From: an uncultured bacterium
GTDB lineage: Bacteria > Patescibacteriota > Minisyncoccia > Phycocordibacterales > JAACPR01
Assembly: GCA_937858275.1 (NCBI GenBank)
Contig: CALLZK010000024.1
Coordinates: 1,567-65,566, forward strand
Direction of reading: 5' to 3'
Length of the DNA stretch: 64,000 nt
Below, in pieces: positions 16,715-26,196 of the stretch. How positions within the stretch are numbered: position 1 is the stretch's first letter; every line of letters begins with the position of its first letter. The translations under genes were made by a program, and so were the position numbers. The notes below the pieces were generated by a model. It did no database searches. It was not told where the DNA came from and worked only from the letters and a program-made list of their open reading frames with translations.

Positions 16715-17839
16715 TTATTTGTGTTTTATTGCTAATAAAATTATTTCTTGGGCAATTGTTTCTGCGGCATTGATTTTGGAAAATTCTTTTGCCCCCCTAA
16801 TCATTGATTGTTGAATTTCTGAATTATTTAAAATTCTATCTATTTCAGAAATTAAAATTTTATCTGATAAGTTTGCTTCTTCTATTACCGTAGCAGCACC
16901 AGTTCTGGCATATATATAAGCATTTTTTCTTTGATGATTTCCCTGCGATTCCGTAATGGGTATAAGTATTGATGGTTTTTGCCAATTTGATATTTCGAAT
17001 ATTGTAGAACCAGCTCTGCTTATAATCAAATTAGCGGCTCCCGCGGACATTTTCATGGCCAAGTCATCAAGATATGGATAAATTCTATATCTTTTTAGAT
17101 GTTCTGGATTTTTTATTAAAACCTTAACTACTTTTTCGTATTCATCAAAATTATTTTTGCCGACTTGATGTATTATTTGATATTTTTTTATTAATTCTGG
17201 TAAACCGTTTAATATCATCTCATTTATTATTTGAGCACCCTGAGAACCGCCCAAAATCAAGATTATTGGAATGTTTGGTGACAAGTCTAGATATTCGGCC
17301 GCTCCGTCCGTCAAACTAATCTTTAAGGCCTTTCTAATGGGATTTCCGGTATGTGCAACTTTTTCTTGAGGAAAAAAATTTGCCGCCTCTGGATATGATA
17401 CTGCGATTTTTTTTGCAAATTTTGAAGCATAAATATTTGCTCTACCAGGAGCACAATCTGATTCGTGAATAATTACTGGTATGCCAAGAATTCTGGCTGC
17501 AAATGTGACCGGAAAACTTCCCGAACCACCTTTACTAAATACCACATCAGGATAAAGCCAAAACAATTCCCATAAAGATTTTATTACACCCCAAAAAGTT
17601 ATAAACAAATCACTAATATTTTTTTTGGATGAATATATTCTTAATTTTCCAGCCGGAATTTTTACATAAGATATCTTGTTGTCAAAAAGTAGTTTTTTGT
17701 TGTATGGATCAGGAGAAAAAAAATATAAATTTGGTTCTATTATTTTTTTCTTTTTGCAGACATCTTTTATACCCTCAGCAACCGCGATTATTGGATAAAA
17801 ATGACCACCAGTTACTCCGCCTGTAAAAACTATTTTCAT
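16715..17839 (-). CDS. murG: undecaprenyldiphospho-muramoylpentapeptide beta-N-acetylglucosaminyltransferase MurG
   Basis: 'MKIVFTGGVTGGHFYPIIAVAEGI', and a C-terminal 'GGSQGA' UDP-GlcNAc binding region. Confidence 0.9.
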   Translation of the reverse strand: MKIVFTGGVTGGHFYPIIAVAEGIKDVCKKKKIIEPNLYFFSPDPYNKKLLFDNKISYVKIPAGKLRIYSSKKNISDLFITFWGVIKSLWELFWLYPDVVFSKGGSGSFPVTFAARILGIPVIIHESDCAPGRANIYASKFAKKIAVSYPEAANFFPQEKVAHTGNPIRKALKISLTDGAAEYLDLSPNIPIILILGGSQGAQIINEMILNGLPELIKKYQIIHQVGKNNFDEYEKVVKVLIKNPEHLKRYRIYPYLDDLAMKMSAGAANLIISRAGSTIFEISNWQKPSILIPITESQGNHQRKNAYIYARTGAATVIEEANLSDKILISEIDRILNNSEIQQSMIRGAKEFSKINAAETIAQEIILLAIKHK

Positions 17840-18957
17840 ATTTGTTGATTTTGATTATTAATTCTTGATATATTTAGCATAATTCCAACTGAAAAAAAGG
17901 TAAAAAATAAAGCAGTTCCTCCGTGACTAATAAATAAAAGCGGTAAACCTGATAATGGAAATATTCCAAGCATTGAAGCCATATTTATAAAAGACTGGCT
18001 GACAATCATTATACCAAAACCAACCATAAGTAGTCCACCAAATAAATCGTTTGTATTCATTCCTATTTTTAAACTTTGAAATAAAAAAGATATAAATAAT
18101 AAAACTATAAAAAATGCTCCCACAAAACCAAATTCTTCTCCCAAAACAGCAAATATTGAATCACCTACCGGTTCTGGTAAAAGATCAAATTTTTGCAAAC
18201 TCTTACCAAAACCCCTACCCCCTAAACCACCAGAACCTATCGCAATCAGAGATTGGTGAACCTGATAACCCGTTGATTGTATATTGGCTTTTGTCGGCTC
18301 CATAAAAGTTTGTATTCTATCCAAAACATATGGTCTATTTAATAAAACAAATACAAGCAATATAATTGAAAATCCGATAACAACAGCAAAATGTTTTAGA
18401 TTTGCTCCACCAACAAAATACATGGACATTCCGGTTAATAAAATTACAAAAGCAGTATCATTGTCTGGTTGAAATAATAATAAAATTACAGTTATAAAAG
18501 TTATAATTATAAATGGCAGTGTTCCGTATCTAAATGTTTTAATTTTATTTTTTACAACAGATAACCATGTCGCCAAAAAAATTATGTAAAATATTTTTAA
18601 TATTTCACTTGGCTGAAAAGAAATTGGGCCAATTAATATCCATCTTTTTGCACCGGCAAATTCTAATCCTGTATAAGGAATAAAAACTAAAAGTGTTAAA
18701 AAAATTGAAGCTATCCATAGCCAAAAAGAATATTTTTTCCAAAATTTATAATTTATTTTTGAATTTATATAAAATATTATTCCACCCAATATGAAACCAA
18801 AAAATATTTGATTTGTGATTATCGAAGTGTATTTTATGTCATCTTTGGCTAATAAGCCCATTGATGCTGATAGAAAAACAAAAAAACCGGTCACAGCCAA
18901 CACTAAAATATTTATTAAAAATAATTTATTGACTGGATTTTTGTGTATCATTACCAA
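17836..18957 (-). CDS. ftsW: SEDS-family peptidoglycan polymerase FtsW/RodA
   Basis: 10-TM topology and 'SDSIFAVLGEEFGFVGA'. Overlaps the murG start by 4 nt. Confidence 0.85.
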   Translation of the reverse strand: MVMIHKNPVNKLFLINILVLAVTGFFVFLSASMGLLAKDDIKYTSIITNQIFFGFILGGIIFYINSKINYKFWKKYSFWLWIASIFLTLLVFIPYTGLEFAGAKRWILIGPISFQPSEILKIFYIIFLATWLSVVKNKIKTFRYGTLPFIIITFITVILLLFQPDNDTAFVILLTGMSMYFVGGANLKHFAVVIGFSIILLVFVLLNRPYVLDRIQTFMEPTKANIQSTGYQVHQSLIAIGSGGLGGRGFGKSLQKFDLLPEPVGDSIFAVLGEEFGFVGAFFIVLLFISFLFQSLKIGMNTNDLFGGLLMVGFGIMIVSQSFINMASMLGIFPLSGLPLLFISHGGTALFFTFFSVGIMLNISRINNQNQQI

Positions 18958-19002
18958 ATTATCTCATAATTTTTCAAAAAATCTATCTATTTTTGTTTAT
19001 AA

Positions 19003-20079
19003 TTATACAAATAATAATGCAAATAATATACCGATTGTCGCCAAAATTACTGAAATTATCCAATATCGCATAACAACTTTGTAAGATGGCCAACCAATCG
19101 CTTCAAAATGATAATGTAACGGAGCTGCTAAAAAAACTTTTTTTCCGTTGCGATATTTTTTTGACATTATTTGTATAAAAGATGAACCCGCAGTGGCAAT
19201 TAAAGGAAAAGCTATTATTGGTAAGACCAAAAATCCTATTCCACCAACTATATGGTCTGTCATGAAAGCAACAATTGCCAAAACAATAGTTAAAGACATT
19301 GATCCGGTTTCTGTCATATAAAATCTTGCCGGAGGTATATTAAACCACAAAAAAGCTAATGTTCCCCCGACAATTGCTCCGCAAAAAGCTGCTAAATTTA
19401 TTTGACCTAATGAAAAAGCGATTATTCCATAAGCTGAAAACATTATTGCGAAAATACCACCCGAAAGGCCATCTAGACCGTCTATAACTCCTCCAGAGTA
19501 TATTATAATTGTAACCAAAATAAAGAACGGAATTATTAAAAAACCAATATCTATATAATATTGAAAAGGTAAAGAAATTGAACTGACACCTAATTTGAAA
19601 TAAAACCAAGATGCAACAAATAAAGATATTATTGACACTAATGCAAGTCTTTTTGTTGATGATATGCCCCCAGCTATTCCATCTGACTTTCCTTTTATTT
19701 CAAATAAATCATCTATTAATCCAATAACTGCTCCCAAAATCATGGCAGTTAAAGGTATCCATGTCTGATTTCTACTTAGAAAATCTATTTTTTTGAAAAA
19801 ATCAATCGAAGTTATTTTGGATAATAAAAGTAATAAAAATACCACAATTAAAACACTAAGCCATATAACAATGCCACCCATTCTTGGTGTTTTTGCTTCT
19901 GTTTCGGAGTGAAATTTATTAAAAACTGATGCCGTGTTGCCCGAAGTGTCTAATTTACCCGCTTTACTTTTCCACATTTTATTTTTGTACAAAAAGTCGG
20001 TTATTGGAGATGTGATTAAGATTCCAATAAAAAAAGTCAGAGCGGTTGGTAAAATTATTTTTACGACATCTAATAACAT
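19003..20079 (-). CDS. mraY: phospho-N-acetylmuramoyl-pentapeptide transferase MraY
   Basis: 'GLIDDLFEI', 'VIDGLDGLSGG', and polytopic membrane topology. Confidence 0.9.
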   Translation of the reverse strand: MLLDVVKIILPTALTFFIGILITSPITDFLYKNKMWKSKAGKLDTSGNTASVFNKFHSETEAKTPRMGGIVIWLSVLIVVFLLLLLSKITSIDFFKKIDFLSRNQTWIPLTAMILGAVIGLIDDLFEIKGKSDGIAGGISSTKRLALVSIISLFVASWFYFKLGVSSISLPFQYYIDIGFLIIPFFILVTIIIYSGGVIDGLDGLSGGIFAIMFSAYGIIAFSLGQINLAAFCGAIVGGTLAFLWFNIPPARFYMTETGSMSLTIVLAIVAFMTDHIVGGIGFLVLPIIAFPLIATAGSSFIQIMSKKYRNGKKVFLAAPLHYHFEAIGWPSYKVVMRYWIISVILATIGILFALLFV

Positions 20080-20095
20080 AATTATTGATTATATA

Positions 20096-21043
20096 TTATA
20101 TTTTTAAGTATTCAATCGTCTTTTCTGTTAATTTTTTTACATCCAAAAATCTTCCAGGTTCTGTAGATCCAAGAACAACAATAACTATCGGTCTATTTAA
20201 TGCTGGATCAAAAACTACTGCCAAATTTCCACCTGCCAAATCTGTAAAACCAGTTTTTGATGCTAGAGTATTTGGAAGCATCCCAACATTTTGATTTGTG
20301 TTTCTAATGTTGTGAATTATTCCACTTTCAGAAACTATTCTCATGCTTGGATTTTTTGTATTTTCTAGAATATGGGGATGATTTTTTAAAATATATTCAA
20401 AAAGAGCCACAACATCCATAGCCGAACCGTGAGCTCCGGCAATATTTGGGCTTCTATCTAGACCGGTTGGATTTAAAAAGTAAGAATTTTTCATTCCAAT
20501 ATTTTTTGCTATATCATTCATTTTTTCAATAAAGTTATTTGAAGGAGATTGATAGTCACCAAAAGAATTTGCTGATAGTGTCGCAGCCGCATCATTTGAC
20601 GAGGTTAATAGCATAAAATTTATTAAGTCGTTTTTTTTAAACTTTTCACCGATTGATAAAAAATGATCACCTTCTTGTTTTAGATCTTCGGCAGTTACCT
20701 GGTATATTTCTTTTGTTGAAGTCATTTCAGCTGTAAGTGCCGTTAAAACCTTTGTAATGGATGCTAGTGGTAAAACCAAATTTTCATTTTTTGCAAAAAT
20801 TATTTCACCAGTGTTTAGATCTTTAACTACTGCTGAACTTGCCAAAATTTTTGTATCAAAAAATATTTCTTTTTTTATTAATTCTCTATTTTCAGAAAAA
20901 TCATCCGTGAAAATGGAATTACTAGAAGATGCTATTTGTTGTTCTGTATTTAAATTTGAAATAAAAACAAAAGAAAACAAGAAAGTGACCGGAAACACTA
21001 TTAGAATAAATAAATATAAAATTTCTTTTCTTGTTTTATGCAT
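20096..21043 (-). CDS. D-alanyl-D-alanine carboxypeptidase (S11, low-MW PBP)
   Basis: SxxK 'ASITK', SxN 'SSND', and KTG 'SKTGFT' motifs. Confidence 0.85.
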   Translation of the reverse strand: MHKTRKEILYLFILIVFPVTFLFSFVFISNLNTEQQIASSSNSIFTDDFSENRELIKKEIFFDTKILASSAVVKDLNTGEIIFAKNENLVLPLASITKVLTALTAEMTSTKEIYQVTAEDLKQEGDHFLSIGEKFKKNDLINFMLLTSSNDAAATLSANSFGDYQSPSNNFIEKMNDIAKNIGMKNSYFLNPTGLDRSPNIAGAHGSAMDVVALFEYILKNHPHILENTKNPSMRIVSESGIIHNIRNTNQNVGMLPNTLASKTGFTDLAGGNLAVVFDPALNRPIVIVVLGSTEPGRFLDVKKLTEKTIEYLKI

Positions 21044-21590
21044 TTTTTTCTATTTCTTGTTGATTATTTAGAAAATTATCTATATCTTGATTAACTTTTT
21101 GATATTCTGGAATTTCTTTTGTGTTGTTTATACCAAGATGGGCTAATGTTTCGGTGCTTGCTTGATATAGAAAGATCCTGTCATCGTTTGGATCTTGAGT
21201 TTTTATTATAAGTCCCCTAACTAATAGGTTTCTGATTATAAATTGTGAATTTACACCTCTTATATAATCAATTTTTGATCTGCTTATTGGGCCGCGGTAT
21301 AAAATAATTGTTAATGTTTCAATCGCTGCCTTGCTCAAGTCTTTGGAAAGTTCTTCTTTTTGTAAGTTATTTATAATCTCGGAATTTTGTGGTGATGTCA
21401 TTAAAACCGCTTCTGTTTCATTGTATATCAAATTTATTCCACTATTTTTTCTACTTTCTGACAAAAGAGCAATATTTTGTTTTATTTCCTCGGGGCTTCT
21501 TTTTAGTATTTTTGATAATTCAGAAAATGTTACCGGCTCCCCTTTCCAGAACAAAATACTTTCTATTTGTTTTTGAATATCGTTTTCCAT
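21036..21590 (-). CDS. scpB: segregation and condensation protein B
   Basis: 'IESILFWKGEPVTFSELSKIL' winged-helix repeats. Confidence 0.85.
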   Translation of the reverse strand: MENDIQKQIESILFWKGEPVTFSELSKILKRSPEEIKQNIALLSESRKNSGINLIYNETEAVLMTSPQNSEIINNLQKEELSKDLSKAAIETLTIILYRGPISRSKIDYIRGVNSQFIIRNLLVRGLIIKTQDPNDDRIFLYQASTETLAHLGINNTKEIPEYQKVNQDIDNFLNNQQEIEKNA

Positions 21591-21599
21591 TTTAAAATT

Positions 21600-22331
21600 T
21601 TAAGAATAATTCGGCAAATCTATTTTTTTGGTTTGAATTTTTATATCTTCCGTATAATTATTTTGTTCAGTTTCTATTATACCTTCTTTGACTAATTCTA
21701 ACATGGCCAAAAAACTAACAATAATATTTACCTTGTCTTTTTTGTCATAATCAGAAAAATCTCGAAAACTCATTGATATACTATTTTTTATTCTCTGAGT
21801 TAGTCTATGTATCATTTCCTCCAAGCTAATTGTCTTTTTTATAATTGCATTTGCAACTTTTTCTATTTTGGGTAAAGATTTTATAATTTCTAAAATAGTA
21901 TTTTTTATATAATCAAAATTAATTTGTTTTGATGGTGCAAACACAATCTGTTTTTTGACAATATTTTTTTTATTAAACATTGGATTTTTTAGATACATCA
22001 AAGATATTTCTGGTTCAAAGTTTTTTAATATTTTGTGAATTTTTAGTCTGGTTTCTAAATCTTTTATATCTTTTTGTTCCTCATCTGATAAATCAAGATT
22101 TGGTAAAAGAGATTTTGACTTTATCAATAAAAGAGTTGAGGCAATAAGAATAAAATGAGCTTGGTTTTCTATTGTGATGCTCTCTTTATTTTTTAAATAA
22201 TTTATATAATCATCGGTTATTTGAGCTAAAGAAACATCATTAATTAAGAGTTTTCTTTTTTCAATCAGGTTCAAGAGCAGATCAAGAGGACCTTCAAAAA
22301 CCTGTGTTTTTATTGAAAAATTATCGTCCAT
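21600..22331 (-). CDS. scpA: segregation and condensation protein A
   Basis: 'FEGPLDLLLNLIEKRKLLINDVSLAQITDDY'. Confidence 0.85.
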   Translation of the reverse strand: MDDNFSIKTQVFEGPLDLLLNLIEKRKLLINDVSLAQITDDYINYLKNKESITIENQAHFILIASTLLLIKSKSLLPNLDLSDEEQKDIKDLETRLKIHKILKNFEPEISLMYLKNPMFNKKNIVKKQIVFAPSKQINFDYIKNTILEIIKSLPKIEKVANAIIKKTISLEEMIHRLTQRIKNSISMSFRDFSDYDKKDKVNIIVSFLAMLELVKEGIIETEQNNYTEDIKIQTKKIDLPNYS

Positions 22332-22943
22332 TTATTTTGTGCTAATCTTTATTTCGATTTCATCATTTACACCAACATATTTTATTCCAAATTGTGAAAT
22401 ATCAAATCTTACATTTGTCATATATTTTTCACCTTCTTTTTCAACTGGAAAAGAAATGGATTTTGTAATTCCCCTGAAGGTTAATTCACCGGTTGCAATA
22501 TATCTATTTTCAGATTCTTTAATTACACTACTTAAATCAAACACTATTTCAGGATATGTTGCACAATTCAAAAATTCTTCTGCACACAAGTGTCTGTTTA
22601 ATCCATCTATTTTGAAATCTCTCGATTCTGATTTTATAACTACTTTAGCTTTTTGAATTATTTGATCTTCCGATAATTTTATGTCAGATACCGCATAATT
22701 TGTAAAAGTTCCGGGATGTGATTTTCCTGGCCCAAAACCAATTATTGTTAAATCCAAATTATTCAATATTTTTGATAATTGAGAATCTGAATTTTCAATT
22801 AATTCAGAGTCGTTTTCTGTTTGCTGAATTCCGTTTGTCATTACGGTTGGCAAATCTTGTGATGGGGATTTTACCCCGAAAACAACAAATAATAATACCA
22901 ATACAACAATCAAAATAATCACGATAATTAATGTTTTTTTCAT
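22332..22943 (-). CDS. YceI-like domain protein with N-terminal TM anchor
   Basis: 'FTNYAVSDIKLS', 'GELTFRGITKSISFPV', and a beta-barrel YceI-like pattern. Confidence 0.55.
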   Translation of the reverse strand: MKKTLIIVIILIVVLVLLFVVFGVKSPSQDLPTVMTNGIQQTENDSELIENSDSQLSKILNNLDLTIIGFGPGKSHPGTFTNYAVSDIKLSEDQIIQKAKVVIKSESRDFKIDGLNRHLCAEEFLNCATYPEIVFDLSSVIKESENRYIATGELTFRGITKSISFPVEKEGEKYMTNVRFDISQFGIKYVGVNDEIEIKISTK

Positions 22944-22993
22944 TTTTTTATATAATTAAATTATTAATTTGAATATGATTATATCAAATATAA

Positions 22994-23959
22994 TTATAAA
23001 TTGAAACCAATTTTATCCCTAAATAAATTGACAGTTTTTTGAGTTTCTTTCTTTGTTTTTTTGGCACCATCATTCAAAATTTCTAAAACCATATCTTTTT
23101 TGTTAATCCAATAATTTCTTTTTTCTCTAAGTGGTTTTGAAAAATTATCAATTACATCTATTAGATCTTCTTTTGCCTGTTTGTATGATATTCCTTCTTG
23201 ATATTTTTTTATTAAGTCATTTGTTTCATTTTCAGCTAAAAACATTTTGTGTATTTTGAACAAAATTGAATCTGTGCTTTTTGGAGCATCTTGTGGTACT
23301 GAATCTGTTTTTATGGACATTATTCTTTCTTTTATCTGATCCCTGTCGGCAAATATTTCTATTGTATTTTTGTAGCTTTTACTCATTTTCCTACCATCTA
23401 TTCCCGGTATTGATTCAGCATCTTTGTTTATCAATGGCTCTGGAACTTTGAATGTTTCACCGTATATTTTGTTAAATTTCTCAGCAATGTCTCTAGTTAT
23501 TTCTATGTGCTGTTTTTGATCTTTTCCAACCGGAACAACATCAGCATTGTGTATTAAAATATCTGCTGCCATCAGTAGCGGGTAGTTAAAAACACCGACA
23601 TTTATTTCTTTGTTTTTGGCTTCTGCATCTTTGAAAGCATGTGCTCTCATCAAATAAGGCATTGTAGTAATGCAACCAAAAATCCAAGCCATTTCTGTTA
23701 CGGCTGTCAAATCAGATTGCTTAAAAATTGTAACTTTTTTTGGATCCAGCCCTAAAGATAAAAAATCTACTGCAATATTTAGGCTGTTTTCAGAAAGTTC
23801 TTGCTTGTTTTGAACGGTTGTAATTGCATGTAAATCTGCTATAAAAATATTCGAATCATATTCATCTTGTAATTTTACAAGCTTTTGTATGACACCAAAA
23901 TAATTTCCAAAATGCTCTGTTCCGGTTGGTTTTATGGCTGATACTAATTTTTTTTTCAT
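22994..23959 (-). CDS. trpS: tryptophanyl-tRNA synthetase
   Basis: 'PTGTEHFGNYFG' (HIGH region) and 'KMSKSYKN'. Confidence 0.9.
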   Translation of the reverse strand: MKKKLVSAIKPTGTEHFGNYFGVIQKLVKLQDEYDSNIFIADLHAITTVQNKQELSENSLNIAVDFLSLGLDPKKVTIFKQSDLTAVTEMAWIFGCITTMPYLMRAHAFKDAEAKNKEINVGVFNYPLLMAADILIHNADVVPVGKDQKQHIEITRDIAEKFNKIYGETFKVPEPLINKDAESIPGIDGRKMSKSYKNTIEIFADRDQIKERIMSIKTDSVPQDAPKSTDSILFKIHKMFLAENETNDLIKKYQEGISYKQAKEDLIDVIDNFSKPLREKRNYWINKKDMVLEILNDGAKKTKKETQKTVNLFRDKIGFNL

Positions 23960-23975
23960 AAAATTTATTTAAAAT

Positions 23976-24815
23976 TTATATTTTTTTGAGAATTGGAAAT
24001 TTTATAATAAAAGAAGATCCCTTGTTTAGTCCATCTGATTCTGCCCAAATCTCTCCGTCTTGTGATTCAATAAAATGCTTTGAAACAAAAAGACCAAGTC
24101 CTGTTCCGGTAACATTCAAATCAACCGCCTCTTTGCTTCTTTGAAACTTTGTAAATATATTCTTTAGATTATCTGATTTTATTCCGATACCAGTATCAAT
24201 TATTTTTATAAATAAAAAATCATCGGATTGATTTGCAGAAATTTTGATATTTCCTTTTGGGGTATATTTTATCGCATTATCTATCAAACTAGACAAAACC
24301 TGATGCATTTTGTTTAGATCTGCTTTTATAAAAATATTAGAATCAATACGAGAATCCAACAATAAAGATAGGTGATTTTTTTTGGCTACTGGCTCAAATT
24401 CACAGAAAACTTTGTTTATTAATCTGTTAATGTTTACATCTTCTATTATATAACCAAGCTCATCTTTATCTATTTTTGAAACATTCAAATAATCGTTTAT
24501 TAAAAAACTTAATGTGTCACAAGAAGAATTTACCTTTTCTAGTGACTCCTTTATTTCATCTGAAATTTTTCCATAATCACCTTCTAAAATCATAGAAACA
24601 TATCCCTGTATAACAGTTAAAGGTCCTCTTAATTGGTGAGATGCTATAGAAACAAAATTTGTTTTTTGTAATTCTAAATTTTTTGATTTTTCATTATATT
24701 CTTTTATTTTAAGATTAGCCTCCTCTTCTATTTTTTTATAATGATATTGTTTGTATGATAAATATACAAAAATTAGAAATAATAATATGTAAATTGTAAG
24801 ATGTATCTGATTCAT
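23976..24815 (-). CDS. sensor histidine kinase with minimal N-terminus (one TM, no sensor domain)
   Basis: H-box 'SIASHQLRGPLTVIQGY', N-box 'LIDNAIKYTPKG', G-box 'IIDTGIGI', 'GTGLGLFVSK'. Confidence 0.85.
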   Translation of the reverse strand: MNQIHLTIYILLFLIFVYLSYKQYHYKKIEEEANLKIKEYNEKSKNLELQKTNFVSIASHQLRGPLTVIQGYVSMILEGDYGKISDEIKESLEKVNSSCDTLSFLINDYLNVSKIDKDELGYIIEDVNINRLINKVFCEFEPVAKKNHLSLLLDSRIDSNIFIKADLNKMHQVLSSLIDNAIKYTPKGNIKISANQSDDFLFIKIIDTGIGIKSDNLKNIFTKFQRSKEAVDLNVTGTGLGLFVSKHFIESQDGEIWAESDGLNKGSSFIIKFPILKKI

Positions 24816-25288
24816 TAATTTTGTCTTTTGTTAATTAATAAAATAAAAATTATTGGAATAATTAGTGCCAATCCGTAAGGAATATCCGCAATAATTTTTG
24901 TGGTGTTTGTAGAAAAGTTGTAGATGTTTTTGAGAATTGGTAAAGAATTTATTTGTAAACTTATTATCAAAATAATATAACTAGTTGATAATAAAATTGA
25001 GTCTACTATTTTTCTAAAAGATGTTGAATAATAATTTCCAATAGAAACACTTTTATTTAATATCCAAAATATAAATATATAAATTAACAAAAGAAATACA
25101 AGCTCAATGGTTTGGTTTGTGAATTCTATGTATGGAAAATTTTTAAATATTAATACTGTTGGATATGTGGCAAAAATTAAAGAAATTAGAATCCCCTTTT
25201 TGCCTTTTAAAAATAAAAAAGTCAAAATTGCTATTGTTACAATAATTATTATAATGTCCAAAGACAGAAAAGCAAAATTTTTCATCAA
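24815..25288 (-). CDS. 4-TM membrane protein whose stop overlaps the histidine-kinase start by 1 nt
   Basis: Four hydrophobic helices. Shares nt 24815 with the downstream kinase gene. It may act as the membrane sensing partner. Confidence 0.5.
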   Translation of the reverse strand: MMKNFAFLSLDIIIIIVTIAILTFLFLKGKKGILISLIFATYPTVLIFKNFPYIEFTNQTIELVFLLLIYIFIFWILNKSVSIGNYYSTSFRKIVDSILLSTSYIILIISLQINSLPILKNIYNFSTNTTKIIADIPYGLALIIPIIFILLINKRQN

Positions 25289-25314
25289 TAATATTATACA
25301 CTATTTATTTTATA

Positions 25315-26196
25315 TTAAAAGCCTTCATCTTCTAACATTTTTAGTGCATCTTTGACTTTTTTGGATAACCTTGTTGGTATTTCTATTTCTATTTTAATAA
25401 ACATATCTCCTCTGCGACCGTTTATTGTTGGAACTCCTTTTTCTTTGATTCTAAGTATTTCACCGTGTTTAATTCCTGGTGGAATTTTTACAGAAATAAT
25501 TTGTTCGTCCACAGTTTCAACATCTTTTTTTGTTCCAATAATTGATTCTGTCAATTTGATTTTTAGTAATGTTAAAATGTTAACTCCTTCTTTGGTCAGA
25601 TTTTTGTGTGGTTTGACATAAATTTTTACATATAAGTCTCCTGGATAGCCATCACTTATTGGCTCACCGCGACCCTTAACTCTAAGCATTTCGCCACTAT
25701 CTATTCCTGGGGGAATTTTTATAGAAATATTTTCTTTTTTTGATATATTTTGATATTCTATTTTTATATCTTTTTCTACTCCAAAAACTGATTCTTTAAA
25801 ACTTATTTCGGTACTAACTGAAATATCAGAACCCTTTTTTGCTCTTGAAAATCCCCTGCCACCAAAAAAACTTCCCAAAATGTCGTTTATATCAAATTCA
25901 AAACCTTGAGAATTTTGACTAAAATTTGAAAAATCAAAACCCCCAAAATCTGCACCAGAAAAACCACTATTATTTCCATTGAAACCAGAAAATCCAGATC
26001 CGAATTGATCATACTGAGCTCTTTTTTTGTCGTCCGATAAGATATTGTATGCTTCGTTTATTTCTTTAAATTTTTTTTCGTCACCATCTTTTTTGTCTGG
26101 ATGATACTGATGTGCTAATTTTCTAAATGCTTTTTTGATGTCTTCTTTCGAGGCATTTTTGTCTATCCCCAAAATTTTGTAGTAATCTTTGTTCAT
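25315..26196 (-). CDS. dnaJ: J-domain co-chaperone (DnaJ/CbpA-like, type II: no Cys-rich zinc finger)
   Basis: J-domain '[15 protein letters not shown]', a G/F-rich linker, two beta-sandwich C-terminal domains, and no CxxCxGxG repeats. Confidence 0.85.
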   Translation of the reverse strand: MNKDYYKILGIDKNASKEDIKKAFRKLAHQYHPDKKDGDEKKFKEINEAYNILSDDKKRAQYDQFGSGFSGFNGNNSGFSGADFGGFDFSNFSQNSQGFEFDINDILGSFFGGRGFSRAKKGSDISVSTEISFKESVFGVEKDIKIEYQNISKKENISIKIPPGIDSGEMLRVKGRGEPISDGYPGDLYVKIYVKPHKNLTKEGVNILTLLKIKLTESIIGTKKDVETVDEQIISVKIPPGIKHGEILRIKEKGVPTINGRRGDMFIKIEIEIPTRLSKKVKDALKMLEDEGF

